Origin: the human T2T-CHM13v2.0 reference genome, Homo sapiens
Assembly (NCBI RefSeq): GCF_009914755.1
Contig: NC_060944.1
Length of the DNA: 64,000 bases
Direction: 5' to 3' (one strand)
This document shows positions 26,750 to 41,896 of the stretch, one piece after another. Under the pieces are notes generated by a model. That model ran no database searches and had not been told where the DNA came from. It saw nothing but the letters and a program-made list of their open reading frames with translations. Position 1 is the first letter of the stretch, and every line of letters starts with the position of its first letter. The translations under genes were made by a program, and so were the position numbers.

Positions 26750-27135
26750 TCTAGATTTATTCACCTAGTTATTCAACAAATTTTTATTGAGCACATCAGG
26801 GCTAGGGCATTGTGTCAGGATCAGAGATTTTGCAATGAACAAAACAGAAAACTCCATGTCCTCCAGGGGAGTTGATAATAAAATGTCAGATAAGCTCTGT
26901 GAAGAAAGGTAAAAGTAGGGTTAGGGGTAGAAAGTGCTGGGGGGATTGCTACTTAACATAGTGTGGCCAGGGGAAGCCATTCTGCTAAGGTGACAGCTGA
27001 GCAGAACGATGAGTGGAGGGGGCAGGAAGGAATGTGGAGGTCTGGGAGAAGAGCATTCCAAACAGGGATGGCAGGTGCAGAGGCCCTGAGGGGGCAGCAT
27101 GCCTGGTAGGCCTGCTGGATATTTCTGAGAATGAA
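26750..27135. mobile_element. L2 3' end
   Basis: TTCAACAAATTTTTATTGAGCAC...GAACAAAACAG...AAGAGCATTCCA. Confidence 0.7.
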
Positions 27136-28349
27136 AAAGTCCATTCCCAGTTGTTTGCGTGGAGAACCTAACCCAGTTATAAACACAAAGTACTTGAGAG
27201 CTGGTTTAATATACAGCCAGCTTTCCAGCAGTGCAACTACTGTGTACATCAAGGGAAAACTGAACTTCGTTTTCCTTAAAACTTATCATCAGCTGGTCAT
27301 CATTTTGACAAATTCTGTCAACAACAGCAGTGTCATTCCTGGCATCTGTATGGGTCACGTCTGAACAGACACACGCCCTGCAGCCCTGCAGGTACCAGCT
27401 GTATAACAAGAACTCCCTTCCACCCTGTGTCCTGGAAACAAGAAAGCCATTAGACCGGAAGATCCCGATGGCTGTCTCAAATGTGCTGGATGGAGTTGCC
27501 AGGGCCCACTGGCATGCCCTGTAAGCCTTTCCTTCCACGTTTGGTTCCTGCCCCTTGAAGACTCCATTTCTGAGTTTGTGTGTGTTTTACTTTCTAGTGT
27601 GTGTCCTCATCTTAATTTTTCTCTCTCTCTTCTGCCTTGAACTGAAGGTTCGCTTGGGTGTGGAGAGACAGGCCCCCAGCAGAGCAGCTTCCCGAGACAT
27701 CCTCCGATCCAGGGCTTCCCAGCAGCCCGGCAAGGCAGGGCTGTGCCTTTCTGCTTCAGCTCACAAGCATGCCAGGCTCACTGGCAAGCTGCTGTCTGGT
27801 TGAGAGACTGCTCCTAAAGCCCTGCACAGCCCCTGTCCTCCTGGCCCTCTGGAAATTCCACCAACCCGTGTCCACATTTCATGCAAAAATGAGCTGGTTC
27901 TGTGAGCATGGCCCGGCCTGACTCGCTTAGTGGGCGGTAAGTGGTTTCCACTTCAACCTTGCACCTAATCACCGGGCTCCACACCAGGATGGACATTCAT
28001 GAGCCGTGAAGTTTCCAGTAATAAATCCACAGATGCTTCCAGCACCTGCCTTTTCGCATCACCTCCACTCCCAGCCACCTGCCAGGCAACAGGTAACAGA
28101 GACCCAGTCACAGGAGGGCAGTGTGGGGGCAGGACTGCAGTCTCCCAAAGCCCATGCACAAAACCGACAGCGCCCTGGCAGGACAAGGAGGCTGACATTC
28201 AGATGTGGAGGAACAACGCATGACCCATTCCTGGTCATGGGGGCCACAGCTGGACTCAGCCTTGAGGCTTGGCCAGACTTAACACCGTGTATAAACCAGG
28301 ACCTTTTTAGGTAGAGTAATGGAAACCAAACTCTAATGATCTTAGACAG

Positions 28350-29135
<786 letters not shown>

Positions 29136-29254
29136 CATGAAGCAATCTCATAATTTTCAAATAGGTTCTGTCCTTTTTATCTTTCCAGTCTTTTGGAAAG
29201 CATATGCCTATATTTTCAATCCACAATTCTATTTTTATTTGAGGTCATTTCATT

Positions 29255-30121
<867 letters not shown>

Positions 30122-30598
30122 TCCTCCCGTTTTTTTTTTTTTTTCAATGCTTATATTTTACTCTAATTAACTGAGTCAAAAATGGAGAATAGTTGAATAC
30201 ACTTTCATGTAAGGCGAATCATTTAGCCGATACTTAACTCTGCATTTGGGCTACCATGCCGCTGTGGTTAGCGGGGCAAGGTGATGAGCCCTGTCTCAAC
30301 ACACACACCCCGCCTCTCCCCAGCCCACTTACACGTGTCCATTCCCACGCAGGTGTGGGGGCCTTAGAGGATTCCCTCTTCTTCGTAAAGTGAGAATGGG
30401 CTGGACTCGGCTTCACTGCCCAACAACTCCTTTTTTTCCTTTGGGAAACTGTCCTTCCCATTCCATATAACCTTCATGGGCTGAGATCACTCACCGAGCT
30501 ACAGGAAGAGGCCCATTACTATGGCCCCATCAGGGTTCTGCCTGGGACAGTCCATAAATGCTGGAAGAGAGAGGTGCCTTTCCCTACTGAGGCTGCTA

Positions 30599-31246
<648 letters not shown>

Positions 31247-31254
31247 CTAACCGC

Positions 31255-31660
31255 TGTGTCTTAGGTCAGGATCTCTAGAAGCCAAGCCCAAGACAGGAGT
31301 TCTCAAATGCCGTGATTTACTGAGGGAATGCCTTCGGGGGAACCTGCCAGTGAGGAGAGCTGGAGGAGGCGGGCAGGGGCGGGAGCTGAGCCAGGTGGGG
31401 GTCCCTGCTGGAGTCTAGCCTCAGCTTGACCCCACAGGGGCTCTGGAGCAGGAACAGCACACTGCATTGTCCCTTGAGGCAGTCACTGGCTGCAGTTGCC
31501 TCTGGGAGCAGAGTAAAAGTGGACAGGCATTTCTGGGAGTACAATTCCCTAGAGAAGGGGCCAGCTCTGAGCTGTGTTACCAGCCACCATTTCCAGGGGC
31601 TGGGGGATGCGCTGCACTGGCCCAGAGAGGTCTCTGAGCAAGGCCCCCACAACCTCCACT
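31255..31660. mobile_element. Old ERVL-type LTR (LTR16-like)
   Basis: TGTCTTAGGTCAGG.TCTCTAGAAGC...GTGATTTACTGAGGGA pattern; recalled similarity only. Confidence 0.45.
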
Positions 31661-31754
31661 TCAACCTCCTGCCAAACCTCAAGCAGATTGAGAAGGAGCC
31701 GCTAGAGACACAGGAACCCTTTCCTCATCAGAAGTCTCCAAGCTTTGGAGGAAG

Positions 31755-31890
31755 AAGGAGGCAGGCAGGAGGCGGGAGGATCGTTTCACCCCAGGGGTTC
31801 AGGGCTGCAGTGGACTATGATCATGCCACTGCACTACTGCCTGGTGACAGAGTGAGACCCTGTCTCAAAAACAAACAGACAAAAAAAATC
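31755..31890 (+). mobile_element. Alu right-arm fragment (FRAM/AluJ)
   Basis: GGGAGGATCG...GCTGCAGTG..CTATGATCATGCCACTGCACT...A-rich tail. Confidence 0.75.
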
Positions 31891-32179
31891 AATGCTCTTA
31901 GCATCTGCTGGGTCCACATTGGGCAGTGTGTGTGACGTGGTCCAGCTGCAAGGGAGGCTGGGAAATGCAGTTTCATTATCTGAGTACTAGTGGAGAAAGA
32001 AGAGACGAAAGCAATGAGAATCCCTGCCATGAGGAAGTGAGAGCTGATTCATTTCAGCTTCCTTAGGTGAGGTGATGGGGCCCAGACAGGTTCTGAGGCC
32101 ACTGGAGGTCACACAGGCCAGCAGGGATACACCCAGTGGTAGACCCTGGTCTCCAGGCTCCCAGGACACAGACCACATA

Positions 32180-32848
32180 AAAGCAAGGTCAGTCTCAGCA
32201 CACAGATTTAATAAGCACTGTATGTTATTCCTACAGCTGCAGGAAACCAGGGGGAAGATGGCCACAGGGCCAATGCCAGGCAGGGCACAGGGTGGGGCCC
32301 CTCAAGCAGCATATGGGGAACAGGAAAGACTCTGCCAGCATGGTCATGGTGCACAGGTGGCTACAATGGTGGGTAATGCCCAGTTGGGAGGATGCAGTGT
32401 TAGACGGGGTCTTGTCCGATGGATTCCTTAGGGGGTTATATGCTTGGGAGGCTGATACAATTTCCTAGAATTCTGGGATTCTGGATGGTCTCTGACCTGC
32501 TCTAGGGGATCTGGGTCTCCAGAGAGGTCTCAGCTACAAAAGTGACCCTCTCCTGACCCCACCTTGTGGGAGACCCCAGTGGTCTCAAGGTCTGTGAATA
32601 AAGGGACTTACAACCAAGATGCCTCCTGACAGGGAGACGGGGGCTTTACAGTCAGGCCCCAGCCTACATCCCTTGCCCCAGGGGACGGCACACAGGGTGT
32701 CCAAACCTACAAAGGGCAGCGGAGTGAAAGCACCAGGGCCGGCTTGGGGGGTAAGCCAGTCCCTTCTCAAGGGGCCAGTAGGCCACAGAGGCGGCCCAGG
32801 CAGGCAGGGTGGAGTAGCTGGCTGTGCTATCCGAGGTCGCTGTCCTAA
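32180..32848 (-). other. GFRA4: GFRA4 3' UTR with ATTAAA poly(A) signal (32212-32207)
   Basis: Plus-strand TTTAAT at 32207-32212; GU-rich sequence downstream on the minus strand. Confidence 0.7.
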
Positions 32849-35800
32849 TCAGAGCAGGGCCGGGAGAGCCAGGACAGGAAGTATGGAGAGCAGGGAGCGT
32901 CTCTCCAGGGCCCTGCCTGTGGAGGACACCTTGGGGGTGGGAGCCAAGTGCAGACTTGAGGCAAAAGCCTGTCTCTGCCCTCTGCCTGCACCCCCACCCC
33001 AGGCCCTTCATGCCTCCACCCAGGCCCACCAGGGACGGAAGGGTGTGAAGGTGACAGTGGGGGAGGTGCCAGCTCACCCTCCCCTCCCTGCACCTACCTG
33101 CAGGAGGCTGTGCTCTGGGTCTCCCTGGGGGTTCAGCTGGTCCAGCAGGACTGGGGGCCACCCGCTGGCAAAGGCCTGAATGGCACCATCTATGGAGGGA
33201 GGGGTCCAGGGTGGACTTAGCTGGGAAACCCTAGCACAGGGCTCAGCACAGGGGACAAAGTGAGAGACCCCCTGCTGCAAAGACTGGCTCCTTGGACAGA
33301 AGGTGTGTGGTGAGGAATAACAAAATAATAAGCACAGCTGTGACAGAGTGACTCAACTGTACAGTCTTCCATTCTCCCCTCTAAAATGGCTCCCAGCCAG
33401 GCGGCTTGGGAGGGGGCAGTAAGCGCCGCCCCCACTCCCCCTCCACTCCCCCCCGGGCCCCTCACCCAAGCAGCGGTTCCTGGTAAAGAGCCCCCGGAAG
33501 GCTTCGCAGTCCTCACGCCGGTTCCCGCTGGCTCCGCAGTCGCACCAGGGCGCCACGCGCGCGCTCACGTTGTCCACGTAGTTAGGGGTGACGGCGGTGC
33601 CTGCGGGGACCCTGAGGGCGAAGTCATCGGCCCACCCGGGCGGAGATATCCCCTGGAGAACCCCCGCCCTCGCCCGGATCCCGGCCGCGCGTACCCACGA
33701 GGCCCGCGTAGGCGCGCAGGCAGCGGGCGCCCTGGTCCAGCAGGCAGCCGTCGGGGGCGCTGGGCGCTGGGGTGCACGAGACCTGAAAGGCCAGGAGGCG
33801 AGGCCTGCGCGGCGGGAGGGCGGTGAGCCGGAGAGAGGCCCCGTCCCCACCCTCGCCACGGCCCCGCCGCCGCCCGCGCGCACCTGCAGACCCGGCTGCG
33901 CTCGCAGAAGTTTAAGGGCTCAAGGCAGGAGGGCGGCGCGGGGCCGGGCCCCGAAAAGGCGCAGGAGGGCACGAAGGTCTGGCGCCGACGCTCGGCGCAC
34001 GCGGGGCCCGCGCACGGGCAGAAGAGCAGTGCGTGGGTGAGCGCGGGCGGCCCGCGGGCGAAGAAGCGGCGCAGGGCCCGGCGGCAGCGGGCGCGGGGAC
34101 AGCCCCCCTGCGCAGCCCGGCCCAGGCACTGCGCCACATACTCGGAGCGCAAACGCTGGCACCGCGCGTCCGCCGTGCAGGCTTCGGCCGCGTCCACACA
34201 TCGGTTCCCTCCGACCGAGCTCGCCGACCCTGGGAAAGGCGCGGGGAGGCTGCAGGTCTCAGTGCGCCCCGCATGCACACTTCACCCAGCCCATCCACGC
34301 CCCTGGAAGGTGGGGGACACTGAAAACCCGAGAAAGCATAGAGTGTGGCCCAAAGGCGGGGCCGACTGGCACTGATCGGCTCTCCGTCGTGGGGATGGGC
34401 AGCGGCGGGCTCTGGAGGGCTCTGCAACACGTCAGGGATGGAGAGGGAGCATGGAGGCTGAGCCAGGCCTTCCCCAAAAGCTGAAGCCCCTCCTTCCCAA
34501 GCATCGCCACCATTCCCAGAACGGCCACACACGTCCAAAGACGGGTCCAGGGGCTCCTCCTACACTCAATGGCACTACCTGACGGGGGAACAATGAGGCT
34601 TTCTGGGGATCTGGCCAATGGAGACTTTAAAACCAGAGATGGCATAGAAGACAGTGGCTGCTCCTAGTCTCTTAATGACAGGCTGTGACGCCATACCTTT
34701 CCTCCTCTACCCCCTCCACCTCGCCGCTTATCCTCCACCATGGAGACCCTTTGGGTGGGTCTATTGATTTCTGTTTCTCCCTCCTTCCTGACCTCCTGCT
34801 CCTCTTCCTGCCCCCTGCATGGGTGTCTCCCCTCTCCAGCCCTTCCTGATGCTCCCTTGAGTCGAGGTCATCCTGCCCCATCTGCACTGGCTTCCTCCAG
34901 CCCCTCCACCCTTCATCAGCCAGGGGAGAGCGGATTCATGCAAGAGCTCTGGCCACTGAAGAACCCACTGAGTCCTGGCTGCCAGGGTGTGGATTCAGAG
35001 AAGTCCCTGACGACACACCGCCGGGCTTTGTCCTGAGCCACAGGACCCAAGGGTTCATCAGTGGTTTTAGTGACCAGGCCCCATGATAGGTGACACCCTG
35101 CTGGAGACAGAGAAGGTGTCTGGCACCCCAGTCACACACCAGGGGTTGGGTAGACAGAGGGTGAGCTCTGCCCACATGCCCACAGGCTGTGTCTAAATAG
35201 AGCCAGGATAACTGGAAGTTGGGACTTGGCAGCCCCTTCCCAGGATTTGAGTCACAAAAACCAGGCTAATCGAATCCCCCCCAGCCTCCACAAGTTCTCC
35301 AGTCTGGAGCATCTCATTCAGACTAGAAGCCTTTCTGGTGCCCAGCCTGAGTGGACGTGCACAGCCTGGCCCCTCATCCATCTCCCTGTGTGTTTGTGCA
35401 CAGGGGCTACGGGGTGGTATCCCCCCCCAGGGCTGGGAGCAGGGTGCCTCTCTGGCAATGGCTGTGTCTTTCAGGCTGTGGATTGGACCGCGTGGTGAGA
35501 GTGATTCCTGCTGTGACTTCAGCACCTGCCTCTGCAGGAAGGATGAACATAGCTCGAGGGCTTAGAATGGTCCCTGAGTGGAGGGGATAGATGGCAGCGG
35601 GGTGAGTCCTCCCTTCCTCCCCTCCCCAAAGGGCACACTTTGCTTTCCTCTCACAGCCTTGCCAGGCACATCCTCAGGTCTCAGCTGCACACACCAGCAC
35701 CTGATGTTGCCTAAGGGTTTGAACCCACCTCTGCCTGTTGCTTACCTGTCACCCTTGCCCAGAACACCCTTACCCAGTCTCCACCCTCACAGCAGCTCAT

Positions 35801-36336
35801 CTCAGCTGCAAGATCTCCTCCACCTTAAACCTTTACCAGATTCCACTTTCCACACTACACTCGGTAAAGTGACCCCTCCCTCCGCGACATCCATGCAGGG
35901 ACGGAGCAGTCCAAGAAGGTGGAACAACAGATGAACAACACCGAAGATTCACCAAGGAATCTGTGTGATGGGTAGGAGGGCTGGGGCTGAGGGGAGGGTG
36001 AGAGAGTTGGGAGATGGCAGACAATAGGCAAAAGTTCCTGGGGCACGGGTGCCAAGGCTGGACTCGGGAGGGGGATGGCGGTGGTGGCTTGACGGGGCTG
36101 GGAGGTGAGGTGCTCAGCACATAGTGGGGTCAATTGCCAGGGGTCCCCAAGCCGTGCGCACAGGCCTCTCACTGGCAACCCTTCCTGTGGTTCAGCTTTT
36201 CCTGGAATATCTTGCCCTCCCACCTTGTCACTGAGGAGCAGGGACAGAGAGGCCAGGGTTCGGGGTCCAGGGGAAGAGAGGGGCGCTCACCCAGTAACAG
36301 CAGCAGCAGCAGCGCAGGCCCCAGGCAGCGGACCAT
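32849..36336 (-). CDS. GFRA4: GDNF family receptor alpha-4 (persephin receptor), 269 aa GPI-anchored form; exons 36336-36291, 34229-33884, 33804-33695, 33600-33466, 33189-33098, 32929-32849
   Basis: Exon lengths 46+346+110+135+92+81 = 810 nt. Protein reads [50 protein letters not shown]...[10 protein letters not shown]...[48 protein letters not shown]...[14 protein letters not shown]: signal peptide, two GFRa Cys-rich domains, hydrophobic GPI-type C-terminus. Confidence 0.97.
33400..34450. promoter_or_regulatory. Intragenic CpG island over GFRA4 exons 2-4
   Basis: Very high GC and CpG density by eye. Confidence 0.8.
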
Positions 36337-36714
36337 GCTGGACCTTCAACAGAGAAGGATGGCTGGCAGAGCCCTAGTCTGATAGGCGCCCCCTTCCTAG
36401 TGCCTCTGGAGCAGGAGCACAGTGAAAACCCAGCTGTCTGCGCTGATACCCCTGGGAGGAGCCTTTGCTGCAGCAACTCCCCGCCCTCATTAAGTCTCCA
36501 CCCCAGGCTGCACCGTCAGGTAAACCTGGGAGCCACGGGATTCGGCGCCTGAATGTGCCTAGACGGACCCCAACACACTAGCCCTGCCACGCACACCCAG
36601 CAACACACAGACAACCACCCAGGGAGACCTGGTCTCTCCCATGCTAAACTAGGAACGCTATGAAACAGCATTTTTCTTTTCCTTTTTTATATAATTCTAT
36701 TTTAAACTTAAAAA

Positions 36715-37240
36715 AATTTTTTTGAATAGAGTTGGGGTCTCGCTCTATTGCGCAGGCTGGTCTTGAACTCCTGGGCTCAAACCATCCTCCCACCTCGGCC
36801 TCTCAAAGTGCTAGGATGACAGGTGTGAGCCACCATGCCTGGCCTATTTTAAACTTCTTATTGTTGACTAATTTTAGACTTGCAGAAAAGTTGGAAAATG
36901 TAAGCATTTTCCTTACACCCTTCACCCAGCTTCCCCTGATGGTCCATCTTACTTAATCATAGTCCAATCATTACAGCTAGGAAACTAACCTTGGTACAAT
37001 CCTGTTAACGAAACTGTAGACTGTTTTGCATTTCTCATTTTTCCACTAATGTCCTTTTTCTGTTCCAAGATCCATTCTAGGATCCCACATCACAGTTGTC
37101 TCCTTATTCTCCTCAATCTGGGAGTTCCTTCATCTTTCCTTATCTTTACCCTTGACACTTTTGAAGAATCCTGGCCAGTTATTTTGCAGAATGTTTCTCT
37201 TGAGTTGTCTGATGTTTTATTCTGATCAGAATGAGACACA
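36715..37240 (-). mobile_element. FLAM (36715-36845) plus L1MC 3' relic
   Basis: Alu monomer, then TAATTTTAGACTTGCAGAAAAGTTG...TTCCACTAATGTCCTTTTTCTGTTCCA.GATCC. Confidence 0.7.
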
Positions 37241-37398
37241 GCATTGTTTTGACTAACCAAAAAGTTATTCTATAAGTAAATATTGAGGTTAAAAATCTCA
37301 TCCAACCTGGGCAACAGAGTAAGGCCCTGTCTCAAATAAAGTCTCAACACTAAGATTTAAAAAGTGACCAGAAAAGCCCCCACTATGATTTGTCTTGA

Positions 37399-37725
<327 letters not shown>

Positions 37726-38122
37726 TAGCATCTTAAATCTCCACACAGGGGTGTGTTCCTTACTATTATAAGGAGCAAAGGATCAGTTTGAGGACAGGTA
37801 AAATAAAAATGCGCTTGCTGCCTAGAGGGAGAAGTCCCTGCTGAAGATAGCTTTGCTTGAATGAGCTCAATTGCAATGCCAGTGCTGAGGCTTGTTGACT
37901 GTACGGTCACCACAGTTGCTGCTGCGCGCCTAGAACATGGTCACTTTCTTGACTACCTATCCTGTCTCAGTACATCTGTCTGTGGTTTGTGGTGGTCCAT
38001 TTCCTAATTTTTTTAATGAATCAGAAGACTGTGATGTGCTTTCCGCTGTGCTAACCATGGCCGCTGAAGCAAAATGTAAACCAAGATGCCCCTGCAGTGG
38101 TTGTGCTTCACTCTACGACATC

Positions 38123-38970
<848 letters not shown>

Positions 38971-39508
38971 CATCCTCTTGTGTTTTGGCGTGTGGGAGGA
39001 AAGAGGGGTGAGGGAAGGAAACTCAAAACCAAGCTCTGACCACACAGGGCAGGTACACTCTCCCACCTGTCTGTGGGTGCCACAAGTCAAGGGAGGGGCA
39101 GAGAGAGAAGAAGGTGTGACAGATGGCCGCAGGCCACAGAATGTCAGAGGAAGCCCAGTTCCTCCCGGGGCAGCCCAAGTAGCTGGTAGTTGGGTGGCCA
39201 AACAGAGGGCGTCACAGCTGAGCTGGGCTCGCTCGCTACCCCCAGCTCAGCGTCCACTCTGCCCCTCAGTACCTCCTGCTCAGCCTCAGGGTCCATGCCT
39301 ACCCTCCTGCTTCCCAGTCACTTCTGCGTGCCTCCTGCTTTTCTGCTGTTGGCCCCATGCCAGCTCCTTTCTGCTGAGCTTCTCTTCTCCAGTTCTGCAG
39401 CACAGCCAGGTGATCCTGGGCTCCAGACAGGCCTCTCCCCCAGTCTGGGGCCTCCCCTCTTAGAGCCCTCTTTCCTTCCCACGTGGCCTCCCCAGGGTTC
39501 GCCACTGA

Positions 39509-40478
<970 letters not shown>

Positions 40479-40762
40479 GAGGCAGGAGGGGGCTTTAGAG
40501 AGCACTCTCACCTGGCCCCTTGGGCTTGTGGAGTGGAGCCCGAGGTGAAGTTGCCTCCCTGCACTCAGTTTTGGGATGGTTTTGTTATGCGGCAACAGCT
40601 GGCTGATATAGGCCACTCAGCAGCTCTTGCATGAAGCAATGGGAGAATGTGAACGCCCAAGGGAGGCAGGAGTGACAGAGCAAAGAGGGTGTTCAAACTA
40701 GGCAACACCGTCCTGTGCCCAGACACATGCCTGGGGCTCTGGCTGCCATCTAGGCTCGGCCT

Positions 40763-40837
40763 GCCAGCCACCACCCCGTCAGCCACCACCCCATCAGCCA
40801 CCACCCCACCAACCACCACCCCGCCAACCACCACCCC
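40763..40837. repeat. 15-bp tandem repeat x5, RYCARCCACCACCCC
   Basis: Units start at 40763, 40778, 40793, 40808, 40823. Confidence 0.95.
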
Positions 40838-40904
40838 GTGTGGTCCTCAGGGCACCCCATGGGTTGAATTTACATACAGAAAAGACTAACCAAGGTCCAA
40901 GTGT

Positions 40905-41896
<992 letters not shown>

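Noticed and set aside
33353-34538. Long overlapping plus- and minus-strand ORFs over GFRA4
   Set aside because: Expected from stop-codon scarcity in a CpG island; only splice-supported frames were kept.
40763-40837. CRISPR-like or coding (PATTP)n interpretation of the 15-mer array
   Set aside because: No spacers, eukaryotic context, and no supported exon.
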